DNA of 46,342 nt from Myxococcota bacterium (GTDB lineage: Bacteria > Myxococcota > UBA4151), in NCBI GenBank assembly GCA_040260805.1, contig JBDQPD010000012.1:1-46342 (forward strand). Direction: 5' to 3'. The translations under genes were made by a program, and so were the position numbers. Position 1 is the first letter of the stretch; every line of letters begins with the position of its first letter. Of the stretch, positions 1 to 10,398 are shown piece by piece. The notes below the pieces were generated by a model. It worked only from the letters and a program-made list of their open reading frames with translations. It had not been told where the DNA came from and ran no database searches.

Positions 1-387
1 CCTTTGATTCGCTCAAAGACCCAGCTGCGGTTGAGCAACGGTCAAGCCATCGATGATGACCGTCTTGATCGATTACTTAGTCTGGCGCCGCGGGCGGTAC
101 TCGGGCTGCGTCTTGATGATCAACTAAACGTGATCGAAGATACCTTGGGTTTGAAGCGGCAGGGGCGAGTTATCGGTTGCGGTGGTGACCCGATCGATTC
201 AGCGCTCGCGCTGCGTGCCTGCCTGGCGCTGGCGCACAATCGTGACGTCCCCGTCTTGGAATTTGAGGCGCCCGTGGTGCTTCCGATTCCGTCCGTCTCA
301 AGAGATGCAGGTCGGCCACTTGCCGATCAGCAAGTTCGCGCCGATGCTGGGGCGTCGAATCCAGCCGACGTTGGGGAGCCACGTTGA
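1..387 (+). CDS. Hypothetical protein, 5'-truncated (C-terminal part only)
   Basis: Frame is open from base 1 and its TGA overlaps the TTG start of the next gene. No family recognised. Confidence 0.5.
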   Translation, partial: PLIRSKTQLRLSNGQAIDDDRLDRLLSLAPRAVLGLRLDDQLNVIEDTLGLKRQGRVIGCGGDPIDSALALRACLALAHNRDVPVLEFEAPVVLPIPSVSRDAGRPLADQQVRADAGASNPADVGEPR

Positions 388-1421
388 AAACAGCGGTCGT
401 ACTCAACGGCAATGCCAAGCGGGTTGGTCCTCGCTTGATTGCGAATTTTCGACAGCTGGTTCCTGAGCGAGATCTCTATATTTCTGAATCGATTGACGAA
501 GCGCGAGCGATCGTCGCTCACCTCATTGACGAGGGTTACGAGCGGATCATGAGCGGTGGGGGCGATGGGACCTTCGTTCAAGTGGTCAATGACATGACCG
601 ACCGCGTCCGCGCAGACAACGTCGCCAACCCGGACGCGCCACCGCGCGAGTACCCACAGATTGGTTTGCTTCGTCTGGGTACGGGCAACGCGGTCGCTGG
701 TTTGACGGGGGCGAGTCGGCCGACTCGAGATCTCATGCGTCTTCGTGATGGACGGGTTGGACCGCCGATCCCGGTCGATATGATCGTCGCAGAAGGGAAG
801 CGTTTCCCCTTTGCCGGCTTCGGTTACGATGGCGAGCTGCTCAACGATTATCTGTGGCTCAAAGAGCGCGTCGAGAACCCGATTCTTAAAAAGCTGTTCC
901 ACTCGGTCGCCGGCTACTTTCTCGCGCTCGGGCTCAAAACGGTGCCACGGCACATGCGGGGGCGCGGCGTCTCAACCACGATGCGGATCACTGCGCTTGA
1001 GCCTGCATGGTATATGGACCCGCTCAACAACGATGAGCCGGTTGAACACCCAGCGGGTGCGGTCTTGTTTGAAGGTGCCGCCACCGTGGCCTCAGTCGGT
1101 TCGGTCCCCTTCTATGGTTACGGAATTCGTATTTTCCCGTTCGCCGGTCAAAAGCCGGGCACCTTCCAGCTTCGAGTCGCAAGCGTCAGCGTGTTTCATG
1201 CCGTCGCAAATTTGGGCGCTTTGTGGCGCGGTAACTATCGCAACCCGCAAGGTTGCTTTGATTTCTTGTGCAGCCGCATTCGGATCGAGAGCGATGCACC
1301 GCTTCCTTATCAGGTGGGTGGAGATGGAGCGGGTTGGCGAACGGATCTGGAGTTTGCGGTCGATGATCTTCCGGTGCCGGTGGTCAATATGCGGCCTGCT
1401 TTGACGGCGGGCAATGCCTGA
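384..1421 (+). CDS. Diacylglycerol/lipid kinase family protein (DAGK_cat, YegS/DgkB-like)
   Basis: N-terminal VVLNGNA, GGGDGT ATP-binding motif, LRLGTGNAVA, C-terminal YQVGGD. Confidence 0.85.
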   Translation: MKTAVVLNGNAKRVGPRLIANFRQLVPERDLYISESIDEARAIVAHLIDEGYERIMSGGGDGTFVQVVNDMTDRVRADNVANPDAPPREYPQIGLLRLGTGNAVAGLTGASRPTRDLMRLRDGRVGPPIPVDMIVAEGKRFPFAGFGYDGELLNDYLWLKERVENPILKKLFHSVAGYFLALGLKTVPRHMRGRGVSTTMRITALEPAWYMDPLNNDEPVEHPAGAVLFEGAATVASVGSVPFYGYGIRIFPFAGQKPGTFQLRVASVSVFHAVANLGALWRGNYRNPQGCFDFLCSRIRIESDAPLPYQVGGDGAGWRTDLEFAVDDLPVPVVNMRPALTAGNA

Positions 1422-2379
1422 GCAGGCGCAAGCAGCTAAAGGGCAACCTGGTGCGATAGCGGTTCGATTTGTTGTCGATGGCAACGAGTCGAGGATGCGC
1501 CTTGATCAATTTTTGAGCGGTAAGATCAGGCGGCTCAGCCGCAGCCGATTGCAGCGGTTTATTCTACGCGGTGATGTCGAGCTCAACGGCACCGAGACGA
1601 CCCCTTCCCAGCGTCTTCATGCCGGCGACCAGATTGCGCTTTGGCGTATCCCGCCGCCTGAACCACCCGCTGGTGGCTGGCCTACCGAGATCACGCGCGG
1701 GCATGACTGGGTGGCGCTCAACAAGCCTGGTGATCTGACCGTCCATCCCACCGCCCGTTATTTTCATCAAACGGTGACGGCCTGGATGGAGCAGCAAGAG
1801 CGAGGCTTTGACGACGCCCGTCTGGTGCATCGGTTGGACCGAGAGACCAGCGGTGTGCTGTTGATCGCTCTAGGGCTGCCTGCAGATCGCCGTTTAGGTA
1901 TCGCCTTTGAGCGCAAGCAGATCCGCAAAGAGTACCTCGCCGTGGTCGAAGGCCATGCGCCGGATGAAGTCATCTGCGACGGGCCGATTGGAAACGATCC
2001 GAACAGCGAAGTGATTCGGCTCAAGCAGGCGGTTGTAGAGGGTGGCGCTCAGGCGCTCACTCGCGTGGTCCTCGAACGTCATTTGACCCGAAACCGCAGC
2101 CTCGTTCGTTGCTTTCCTGAGACCGGCCGAATGCATCAACTACGGGTGCACCTGAGTCATCTTGGCCATCCGATCATCGGAGACAAGATTTATGGATCGG
2201 CCGACGATCAGGCTTATGATGTATTCTGTGAACACGGTCTGACCCCGGAACTTGCTCAAGCCTTTGGCGCCAACCGACAACTTCTTCACGCCGCCGTCCT
2301 CGAGTTTCCTGATCCGCAGGCTGGTAGCGTCCGTGTCGAGGCGTCTTTGCCTGAGGATTTTTTGTCCCTTTTGGGATGA
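1414..2379 (+). CDS. RluA/RluD-family pseudouridine synthase with N-terminal S4 domain
   Basis: S4-like RLDQFL..SRSRLQ; LNKPGDL.VHP; catalytic HRLDRETSG; TGRMHQLRVH; HPIIGD. Confidence 0.92.
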   Translation: MPEQAQAAKGQPGAIAVRFVVDGNESRMRLDQFLSGKIRRLSRSRLQRFILRGDVELNGTETTPSQRLHAGDQIALWRIPPPEPPAGGWPTEITRGHDWVALNKPGDLTVHPTARYFHQTVTAWMEQQERGFDDARLVHRLDRETSGVLLIALGLPADRRLGIAFERKQIRKEYLAVVEGHAPDEVICDGPIGNDPNSEVIRLKQAVVEGGAQALTRVVLERHLTRNRSLVRCFPETGRMHQLRVHLSHLGHPIIGDKIYGSADDQAYDVFCEHGLTPELAQAFGANRQLLHAAVLEFPDPQAGSVRVEASLPEDFLSLLG

Positions 2380-2457
2380 AGTTTGGCGCTGAAATGTTTC
2401 TGTCGCTTGACGAGCGCCACAGGGCGCGCTCTGTGACCGTTCCTTGGAACAGGAGAG

Positions 2458-3453
2458 ATGATCGTGAATGCTGCTTTAGGAGAGTTAACCGAGGTCGTGA
2501 GTCGACAGGGCGCCGTGCTCGTTGCGATTCGTGAGCAAGTCTCCAAGTCAATCGTCGGTCAGACCGTCTTGGTCGACCGTTTGCTCGCTGCGCTTTTGGC
2601 GCGTGGTCACCTGCTCGTCGAAGGGGTTCCGGGTTTAGCCAAGACGCGCACGATCAATGCGTTGGCGCAGGCGCTAGCGCTCGATTTTCGGCGCATTCAA
2701 TTTACGCCTGATCTTTTGCCGTCAGATTTGACCGGTACCACGATCTATCGCCCCCAAGACGGAAAGTTCGAGACGCGCAAAGGCCCCGTCTTTGCCAATC
2801 TTGTACTCGCTGATGAGGTCAACCGTGCGCCGGCAAAAGTTCAGTCTGCCCTCTTAGAGGCGATGGCCGAGCGCCAGGTGACCTTGGGCGACGGGACGCA
2901 CCATCTACCCAGCCCCTTCACGGTGATGGCGACTCAAAATCCCATCGAGCAAGAGGGTACCTACCAGCTGCCCGAAGCTCAACTGGATCGCTTCTTATTG
3001 CATGTGAACGTCGGCTACCCGAGCATCGAAGAGGAGCGTCTGATCGTCGATGCCGTGATTACCCCTTCGGCGAGCGCTGTCGAAGCGGTCGCCTCGGCGA
3101 GCGAGCTTGAAGCCTTGAGCGGTTTGCTACCCCAGATTTATGTCGACGAGCGGGTGCGCGATTATATGGTCGATTTGGTCTTCGCTACCCGTGACCCTCA
3201 AGCGTTTAAAGTGCGCGATCTTCAAGGACTGCTCGAGTATGGTGCTTCGCCTCGCGCCAGCATCGGGCTTGGCCTCGCTGCACGCGCTCAGGCGGTTTTA
3301 GCCCGCCGTGCCTACGTCACACCCGACGACGTCAAGACCATGGCAAGTGACGTCCTGCGCCACCGGATGGTGCTGAGTTACGAGGCACGCGCTGAGGGCG
3401 TCTCGGCGGATGAGATCGTCAACCGTATCCTCGCTGCGGTGCCCGTACCGTGA
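2458..3453 (+). CDS. moxR: MoxR-family AAA+ ATPase
   Basis: Walker A EGVPGLAKT, RIQFTPDLLPSD, Walker B LADEVNRA, ATQNPIEQEGTY, GASPRAS. Confidence 0.95.
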   Translation: MIVNAALGELTEVVSRQGAVLVAIREQVSKSIVGQTVLVDRLLAALLARGHLLVEGVPGLAKTRTINALAQALALDFRRIQFTPDLLPSDLTGTTIYRPQDGKFETRKGPVFANLVLADEVNRAPAKVQSALLEAMAERQVTLGDGTHHLPSPFTVMATQNPIEQEGTYQLPEAQLDRFLLHVNVGYPSIEEERLIVDAVITPSASAVEAVASASELEALSGLLPQIYVDERVRDYMVDLVFATRDPQAFKVRDLQGLLEYGASPRASIGLGLAARAQAVLARRAYVTPDDVKTMASDVLRHRMVLSYEARAEGVSADEIVNRILAAVPVP

Positions 3454-4349
3454 GCGCAGGCCCTGCATCGACTGAAGCGCGGACCCGTGATCTGCTGGCG
3501 CGTGTGCGCCGTGCGGTTGCGCTCGCCTCGCGCATGAGCAGCTCGGAGGCTGCGGGTGCCTATCGCTCAACCTTCAAGGGTCAAGGTCTCGATTTCGCTG
3601 AGCTCGATGAGTACAGCCCCGGTGACGACGTTCGTCATATCGATTGGAACGCAACCGGTAGAATGGGAAAGCCCTTCGTCAGGCGGTATCATGAAGAGCG
3701 TGAGGGCACGGTCATGTTGTTGGTCAATCGCGGCCGCCAGATGCACTTCGGCTCCAACCAGTGGCGCAAAGCAGATACCGCCGCCGAAGCTGCAGCCCTT
3801 TTGGCGGTTTTAGCTGTTCGTAATCGCGACCGAGTGGGTTTGGTGACCTACGGCGAAGAGCAACCGATGGGGCTTGCGCCCGCCAAAGGAATGGACCCGG
3901 CGATGCGCATTATTCGTGAGGTCCTGGTGGCGCCTGAGTCCAGTGATTCGGTCGAGCCACTTGCCCGAGCGATTGAGCGTTGCGGTCGCTTGCTTCGTCG
4001 CAGCGCCATGGTGATTGTGATCGGGGATCTACTCACAGCCGAAGAGCTAGCCGATCTGCCCATTTTAGCCGCCCGGCACGAGGTCTTGTGTTTGGCTGTT
4101 CGCGACCCGCTGGAGCGGGCTTTACCCAATGCGGGTTTGGTTCGGCTTGAGGGGGTAGGTCTTGTCGATACGAGTGACGCAGGGTTGCGAGCTCGTTATG
4201 CTGCGCAACGTGAGCAAGCCGAAGCCCAGGTTCGCCAGGCAGCAGCCCGTTGCGGGTCTGGTCTGGTCGAGCTGGTGGCGGGTGAAGATCCATTGCCTGC
4301 GGTGATGGCTTGGTTGCGCCGGCGTGCCGGCCGGCGACGGGTTGCCTAA
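3450..4349 (+). CDS. DUF58 domain protein (MoxR partner)
   Basis: YRSTFKGQGLDF..LDEYSPGDDVRHIDWNAT signature; GTGA overlap with moxR. Confidence 0.92.
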   Translation: MSAGPASTEARTRDLLARVRRAVALASRMSSSEAAGAYRSTFKGQGLDFAELDEYSPGDDVRHIDWNATGRMGKPFVRRYHEEREGTVMLLVNRGRQMHFGSNQWRKADTAAEAAALLAVLAVRNRDRVGLVTYGEEQPMGLAPAKGMDPAMRIIREVLVAPESSDSVEPLARAIERCGRLLRRSAMVIVIGDLLTAEELADLPILAARHEVLCLAVRDPLERALPNAGLVRLEGVGLVDTSDAGLRARYAAQREQAEAQVRQAAARCGSGLVELVAGEDPLPAVMAWLRRRAGRRRVA

Positions 4350-5302
4350 TGTTTTTGCTGCTCGCCTTAGCGCTTGATGCTGGTTCGATCAGCGACGCCG
4401 GACCTCGGCTGGCGGCGTCTGTCGATGCGTCATCAGCGGATGCAGGCTCGAGCCAAGATTATGGCCTTCAGGTCTCGGTAGAGGCGAGCAACGCACAGCC
4501 CGGTGATCCCATCTGGCTGGTGCTCAAGCTGCGCTACGACAAGAGCTTATCGGTGGATGTCCCAGAGGTCCTTCCGGACGGGCGCGGGATGGCACCCTTG
4601 GGACCTCCCGAGCGAAGCCCAAAAGACGACGGCGATGCGCTGCTTGAGACCTTGCGGTTTCCCTTTGTCTTGTTAGCCTTAACGGATGTTCGGACACCAA
4701 AGTTCACGCTTCGAGTAGGAGACGATGAGTTAGCGATTCCGTCCTTACCGTTGATGGTTCCCGATGCAGGGCCCTCGAGCGAGGCGCCGGACCCGGACCT
4801 TGAGGGTATGGTGGTTTATCGCTCGGGTCCTGCACCTTGGGTTATTCCGACCTTGGCCCTCGTTCTCGGTCTGATCGCGTTGGTGCTGGCGCTGCGGTTC
4901 TGGTGGTCGAAGCGCTCAGTGATCGTTGACGAGCCTGAAGCGGTGATCGATGCGGGCGGTGAGTTCATGACTTTAGTCGCTCGTTTGCGGGCGCAGCTCA
5001 GTGATGACCCCGAGATCGTTCGCGGGTGTTGGTTTGATCTGTTGACCGGGCTTCGGGTGTATTTGGATCGGCGCTTTGGTTTGCAATCCGCTCAGTCGAC
5101 GACCGAGGAGATGCTCAGCGCTCTAGCCTCGACGCGGATCGTCGGAATTCCGCGTGTGGGTTTGAGCCAGCTGCTCGAGCGAGCCGATGAAGTCCGCTAT
5201 GCCGCCGCTGAGTCCAGTCGAGAGGCGATGGCGGATCTGCTCGATCAGGTTGAGGTTTGGGTCGGCACAGCCGAGCAAGCCAAGACTCAGGAGGATCGAT
5301 GA
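4349..5302 (+). CDS. Hypothetical single-pass membrane protein of moxR/bat clusters
   Basis: ATG overlaps the TAA of the DUF58 gene; signal-like N-terminus, one TM helix, C-terminal LRVYLDRRF..TTEEML..ADEVRYA pattern seen at this position in bat clusters. Confidence 0.7.
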   Translation: MFLLLALALDAGSISDAGPRLAASVDASSADAGSSQDYGLQVSVEASNAQPGDPIWLVLKLRYDKSLSVDVPEVLPDGRGMAPLGPPERSPKDDGDALLETLRFPFVLLALTDVRTPKFTLRVGDDELAIPSLPLMVPDAGPSSEAPDPDLEGMVVYRSGPAPWVIPTLALVLGLIALVLALRFWWSKRSVIVDEPEAVIDAGGEFMTLVARLRAQLSDDPEIVRGCWFDLLTGLRVYLDRRFGLQSAQSTTEEMLSALASTRIVGIPRVGLSQLLERADEVRYAAAESSREAMADLLDQVEVWVGTAEQAKTQEDR

Positions 5303-6360
5303 CGACCCCTGAGCTGACTCCAATTCTTGGCATCTTGTGGGAGCGACCATGGGTCTTACTGCTGGCGTTCGCGCCGCTGCTCCATCTGTGGCGCAGTGGT
5401 CGACAGCGTAGCATTGCGCTCGCGACCGCTCCTGTCTTTCGAGATGTGGGCAGGGGCTTAGGCTGGGCTCGTGCGGTGCATGGCGTGACGCGCTTGGTTT
5501 GGGTTATCAGTTTTGCCCTAGGCGCTGTTGCGCTCGCAGGGCCTCGAGCGCACCAAAAAGGACAACAGCAGCGCAGCGGTATCGACTTGGTCGTGGCTTT
5601 GGATCTGTCGACCTCGATGAACGCCCTTGATCTCGCCGGCGGCGACGTTTTGAGGCGCGCCATGACGCTCAAAGAGGCTCGCATGCGCACTCGAATCGCA
5701 GCGGCACGCCGGGTCGTTGATGAATTTATTGAGCAAAGACCTCGCGACCGAATCGGTCTGGTCGTTTTTGCGGGCGATGCCTTTCCTCAGGTGCCGCCAA
5801 CCTTCGACCATGATTATCTGCGCGAGGTCCTGCGCTATTTGCGTCCAGGGCTGCTCCCCGATGGCACCGCGATCGGCAACGCGTTGCTGGCTGGAGTTGC
5901 TCGCCTTCAAGAAAGTCAGGCTCACACCAAGGTCTTGGTCTTGGTGACGGATGGCGACAATACAGCAGGCAATGTTGAGCCTAAGGATGCTGCCCAAACG
6001 GCCGCTGACAAAGACGTACGCGTCGATACCGTTTTGATCGGCGAGGGCCAGGGCATGGTCCCGGTCCTCTCGGATCAAGAAGGAGAGATGGCGCGGATCG
6101 GTCAGGCGGCGCTTCCCGCCAACCCAGAGCTCCTCAAAGCCATCGCCCAAGCCACTGGAGGAGAGGCTTATCAAGCGGGCGCTGAAGAGGAGTTACGCAA
6201 TCGTTTCCATACGATTCTTGATGACCTCCAGCGCAGCGAACTCAACGACGAAGCTGCTTGGGCTCGAAGCCATGATTTGACGCCTGGCTTGTTGCCGTGG
6301 CTCGGGTTGGCGCTGCTCTTAAGCTTAGCCTTTCGTGCCCTCGTGCCGGTGAGGGCCTGA
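5299..6360 (+). CDS. batA: BatA-like von Willebrand factor A (VWA) membrane protein
   Basis: N-terminal TM pair, MIDAS DLSTSM, DRIGLVVF, GTAIGNA, LVTDGDN, C-terminal TM; GGAGG SD and ATGA overlap. Confidence 0.88.
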   Translation: MTTPELTPILGILWERPWVLLLAFAPLLHLWRSGRQRSIALATAPVFRDVGRGLGWARAVHGVTRLVWVISFALGAVALAGPRAHQKGQQQRSGIDLVVALDLSTSMNALDLAGGDVLRRAMTLKEARMRTRIAAARRVVDEFIEQRPRDRIGLVVFAGDAFPQVPPTFDHDYLREVLRYLRPGLLPDGTAIGNALLAGVARLQESQAHTKVLVLVTDGDNTAGNVEPKDAAQTAADKDVRVDTVLIGEGQGMVPVLSDQEGEMARIGQAALPANPELLKAIAQATGGEAYQAGAEEELRNRFHTILDDLQRSELNDEAAWARSHDLTPGLLPWLGLALLLSLAFRALVPVRA

Positions 6361-6362
6361 TC

Positions 6363-8165
6363 ATGAGGTTTGCTGAGCCGTTGTGGTTGGTTGGACTGCT
6401 CATGATGCCGCTCTTGTGGCGGTGGGGTTTTGGTTTGGTAGCCGGGCGTCCTGATGCGCTGGAACGCTTAGGTGACCCGGTCGGCTTGAGGAGTAATCAA
6501 GACCTTGAATCGCGTGAGCGATGGGTCCGCATCCTGGCCTCGTCAGCTTATGTCCTAGCCGTCCTCGCGCTAGCTCAGTTTGAGGGGCCGCCGGAAGCGA
6601 CCGTCGTACCAGGGAGGGGTCTGGACGTCTTGGTTGCGGTCGATACCAGTCGCTCGATGGCTGCGCGTGACCTCACACCTGATCGCTTGGTTGCGGCTAA
6701 AATATTAGTGGAATCGTTGAGTCAGCGTTTGCAGGGGGACCGCATGGGTTTGATCGCCTTTTCTGGCGTCGCACACCTGCAATGTCCATTCACGGCTGAT
6801 CTGTCGATTTTCAGGCGTTATGTGCAGCAGCTCGAGGCGGGCGCTTTGCCCGTAGGCGGGACGAACTTATCGCAAGCCGTTGATCTGGCGCTCGAGATTT
6901 TTGAGCGCGCTGGCGAAGGCGATCGCGTCTTGGTGCTGATGACCGACGGCGAAGACCATAGCGGCGAGGAGATGAAGGCGATTGGCGAGCGGCTAAAGGC
7001 TGCAGGGGTCAAAACTCACCTGGTCGCAGTGGGGTCGGATTTGGGTGAGCCGGTTCCTGATGCTAAGGGCGGGTATCTTAGAGATCGGCAGGGGCGCCCT
7101 GTGGTCAGTCGGACCGACCGGAAAGGCTTAAAGGTGATGACCGACGCTGCTGATGGCGTGCTCTTTGGGTTGCAGCCCGGCTCGCCTGCAGCGGATCGTT
7201 TAGAGGGCGCTATTTTAGCCTTAGACCGGCAGGCGAACCGACCGACTCGCCACGAGCGCAGGCCTCGATGGTATCTGGGTTTGTTAGCTGGGGCTTGGCT
7301 GCTCGGAGCGCTCGCTCGACGGCTGCCTTCACAAGCCCTAATTCTTGCGCTGCTGCCTTTCCTAACCGGCATGACCGGTATGCGCCATGAAGACCCTGAT
7401 GCTCGCCGTGGTTTGGCTCTGCTCAAAGAGGGTAAAGCCGATGAAGCCCTTGCTGCCTTTGACGCCGCAAGCCAGCGCGGGGCGAGTCCTGCTCTATCCT
7501 ATAATCGAGGGCTGGCGTTGCTGGGTAAAGGTGAGTCCCAAAAGGCTGCTCAAGCCTTTGGCAGGGCATCCGCCCGCTTGGAGGGCGCGCAGCGCGCTGA
7601 TGCGGAGGCTGCTCGAGGCATGGCGCTTGCTCGCAATGGCGACAAAAAAGAGGCGCTACGGGCGCTCACCAATGCGCTGCGTCTCAAGCCTAATCATCCG
7701 GTGGCGACACCGTGGCTGCGGCATCTTCTAGCGCCTCAGCCCAAGCCGCCCGACGACAAAGATAAGAACCAAGACGATAAGGACCAAGATCAAGACGGCG
7801 ACCAACAGTCGGACCCCAAATCAGGTGATGGGGGTCCTCAACCTGATGCAGGCTCTACCGGAGACTCTGGAACTCAATCCAAAGACTCGCCGCAACAAGA
7901 GCCGCAAGGGCGACCCGAGGCGGGGCCACAGCCCGAGCAAGCAGAACCCGAACCTAAGCCTTCGAGCGATGCCGGGCCAGAGCCTGAATCGGGTGATGCA
8001 GGTGCCAATAATCAACCCCAACAGGCGCAGGAAAAGCGTGGCGATGCGGGCCCTGAATCCGACCAAGAGAACCTCCTACGGAACTATCAAGCGCGCGAAC
8101 GCCTCTTGCCCCTCGATCTTTGGAAGGGCAGTCGGCAACAGCGTCCCGTGGAGAAGGATTGGTGA
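6363..8165 (+). CDS. BatB/BatC-like VWA + TPR fusion protein with D/Q/P-rich tail
   Basis: MIDAS DTSRSM, DRMGLIAF, LMTDGEDH, TPR helices (YNRGLALL), low-complexity tail ending VEKDW. Confidence 0.85.
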   Translation: MRFAEPLWLVGLLMMPLLWRWGFGLVAGRPDALERLGDPVGLRSNQDLESRERWVRILASSAYVLAVLALAQFEGPPEATVVPGRGLDVLVAVDTSRSMAARDLTPDRLVAAKILVESLSQRLQGDRMGLIAFSGVAHLQCPFTADLSIFRRYVQQLEAGALPVGGTNLSQAVDLALEIFERAGEGDRVLVLMTDGEDHSGEEMKAIGERLKAAGVKTHLVAVGSDLGEPVPDAKGGYLRDRQGRPVVSRTDRKGLKVMTDAADGVLFGLQPGSPAADRLEGAILALDRQANRPTRHERRPRWYLGLLAGAWLLGALARRLPSQALILALLPFLTGMTGMRHEDPDARRGLALLKEGKADEALAAFDAASQRGASPALSYNRGLALLGKGESQKAAQAFGRASARLEGAQRADAEAARGMALARNGDKKEALRALTNALRLKPNHPVATPWLRHLLAPQPKPPDDKDKNQDDKDQDQDGDQQSDPKSGDGGPQPDAGSTGDSGTQSKDSPQQEPQGRPEAGPQPEQAEPEPKPSSDAGPEPESGDAGANNQPQQAQEKRGDAGPESDQENLLRNYQARERLLPLDLWKGSRQQRPVEKDW

Positions 8166-9748
8166 GATTTCTTTGGCTCGGCATCTTGATCGCAGCGCCT
8201 GCTCAGGCACTGCAAGTTGTCGCTGAAATTGAACCCGCTCCAGCACGCGCAGGTGAGCGCGTTCAGTTGACCCTGCGCGTCTCATCAGACTCACGAGCGG
8301 CGGTTAAGGTTCAGGATCTCGGGCTAGGAAGTTTCTCGCTGATCTCCAAAGGAGGCTCGAGCAGCAGCACGCAAATGACCTTCTCTGGTGGTCGTCGTAA
8401 TGTCGTGCACAGCAGCGTTCACCGGTTCGTCTTGAGGGCGCCTCAGTCACCAGGTGATTACCCCTTAGGGCCTGTTAAAGTGTCAGCTGGCGCTCAGGTG
8501 GGTCAGTCGGCCCAGGTGCCTGTTCGCGTGGTGTCTGCTGGTGACGTCGTTCGAGGGGCAAAAAACACATCCGAAGAGCTGTTCGTCGACTTTACGGTCG
8601 ATCCGCCGGAGCCCTTTGTCGGTCAGCAGTTCACGGTGACCGCTCACGTCTACAGTCGAGTCCGCCTTGAGGGGGTCGCCGATCTCGATTTCCCCGAGGC
8701 TAAAGGCGTTTGGTGGGAGCAGCTCGAGAGCCCGAGTCGCGCAGGCAGCGAGGTCGTCGTCTACTCCGGTCGGCGCTATCGCCGACATATGGTGGGACGG
8801 ATCGCTGGATTTGCCGAGCGAGAGGGCGAGCTGGTGCTGACCGGCGGTGAAGCCGCGGTTCAAGTCATGCAGGGGGATCTGTTCTTTGGTGGGCTCAAAG
8901 AGAAGACACTCTATGCGAACCCGGTGACCTTGAACGTTCAAGCGCTGCCTCCGGACGCTCGGGCGACTCAAGTGGGGCGATATTCTGTGCGTCACGGCTA
9001 CATCGCCAATCGGCTCAACTTGGGTGACGTGATCGAACTTAAAGTGACCGTGAAGGGCGATGGCAACATCAAGGCCTTTCCATTGCCGGAGGTCCGCTTG
9101 GCGCCGGGCTTGAGGGGCTTTACGCCCAAGCGTGATGTGGTGATGAATGAAGGCAGCACCTTGATTGGGGGTACCCTCACTTGGGTGTTGCCCATTCAGG
9201 CGACCGTGCCCGGTAAACACCGTCTGCAGGCGATGGACGTACGTTGGTTCGATCCGGATAAGCAAAGCATACGGACCGCTCGTGTCGGCCCCTTCGAGTT
9301 CGACGTGGTGGGAACGCTTACGGTTCCAAAGGGTGACCCCGCCGCGCAGGCGGACTCCGGATCCGCTCATCCTCTACGCGGACCAATCGGTAGCTTTCGG
9401 AGCGAGCGCATGACGGCTTCGTGGCTCGCCCATCCAGGCGCCATCTTGATCTTAGCGCTGCTGGTCCTTTTGTTGTGGTTGCCGCGAACGGTGCGCTCGG
9501 TCGCTGGACCTGAAGAGATCAGGCGAGGTGACTTAGAGTTGGCTCTTGAAGCTGCCCTAGGTGTCCCTGTTCGAGGTTTGGGACGCAACGAGTTACTGGA
9601 CCAGGCGGCTCAAGCCTTGGGCGTTGAACGGGCTGCGGAGCTGGATGAACAACTCAGCGCGCTGGACGCAGCAGCCTATGGGCCGTCTGAGCAAACCGCT
9701 GAGGCGATCAAAGCTCGTCTGGTCGTTTGGTTGGGAGCGTCGTCATGA
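8162..9748 (+). CDS. batD: BatD-family protein
   Basis: Signal peptide, repeated beta-rich Ig-like segments (PFVGQQFTVT, LKVTVKGDGN, WFDP), C-terminal TM; position in the bat cluster. Confidence 0.8.
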   Translation: MRFLWLGILIAAPAQALQVVAEIEPAPARAGERVQLTLRVSSDSRAAVKVQDLGLGSFSLISKGGSSSSTQMTFSGGRRNVVHSSVHRFVLRAPQSPGDYPLGPVKVSAGAQVGQSAQVPVRVVSAGDVVRGAKNTSEELFVDFTVDPPEPFVGQQFTVTAHVYSRVRLEGVADLDFPEAKGVWWEQLESPSRAGSEVVVYSGRRYRRHMVGRIAGFAEREGELVLTGGEAAVQVMQGDLFFGGLKEKTLYANPVTLNVQALPPDARATQVGRYSVRHGYIANRLNLGDVIELKVTVKGDGNIKAFPLPEVRLAPGLRGFTPKRDVVMNEGSTLIGGTLTWVLPIQATVPGKHRLQAMDVRWFDPDKQSIRTARVGPFEFDVVGTLTVPKGDPAAQADSGSAHPLRGPIGSFRSERMTASWLAHPGAILILALLVLLLWLPRTVRSVAGPEEIRRGDLELALEAALGVPVRGLGRNELLDQAAQALGVERAAELDEQLSALDAAAYGPSEQTAEAIKARLVVWLGASS

Positions 9749-10398
9749 TGCTTTCTTTGCTGCTGCTGGCAGCTACAGCCCAAGAGCGCTTCGAGGCAGG
9801 GGATGCCGCTGCAGCCCAAAACTTGCTCGAGAAGTCGCCGCGTCCATCGGATCCTGTTTGGCGGTATAACCGTGCCGTCAGCGCTCACGCTGCAGGGCGT
9901 TTAGGTCGCGCCATGGCAGATTATGAATGGCTGACATTGCGTGACCCCGAAGATGACGCAGTGCGCATTAATCGATTGTTGGCTCGATTGGATCGAGGGG
10001 CAGGGGACGACGCAGAGCCGCCGCTTGGGCAGCTCGCCCGCTTGCCCTTGCGTACGATTTTCGTCTTTGGGCTGTTGGCAGCGTTGGTCGGTTTGCTTCG
10101 TCTGCGCCAGCGCGACGCATTGTTTCGCCTGGCGCGTTTGATCTCGAGTTTGAGTATTTTCTTGTTGGTGATGCACCATCTCTTGCTTGCGCTAGATTCG
10201 CGCACTGTGACAGTGCAGGAGCGTGCATTGCTGGAACGTCCCGAGGTCAAAGCGCGCAGTCTTCTTGAGATTCCTGAAGGAAACCTTTTAGATGCTGTGG
10301 AGACTCAGGATGAGTGGGTGAAGGTTCGGACAGGATCAGGGGTCATGGGCTGGATGAAGAGCGGTGACTTGATCGAACTGAGTGGAGAAGAGCAGTGA
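9745..10398 (+). CDS. BatE-like TPR + SH3-like protein
   Basis: TPR (YNRAV..AMADYE), two TM helices, C-terminal SH3-like EWVKVRTGSGVMGWM. Confidence 0.75.
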   Translation: MMLSLLLLAATAQERFEAGDAAAAQNLLEKSPRPSDPVWRYNRAVSAHAAGRLGRAMADYEWLTLRDPEDDAVRINRLLARLDRGAGDDAEPPLGQLARLPLRTIFVFGLLAALVGLLRLRQRDALFRLARLISSLSIFLLVMHHLLLALDSRTVTVQERALLERPEVKARSLLEIPEGNLLDAVETQDEWVKVRTGSGVMGWMKSGDLIELSGEEQ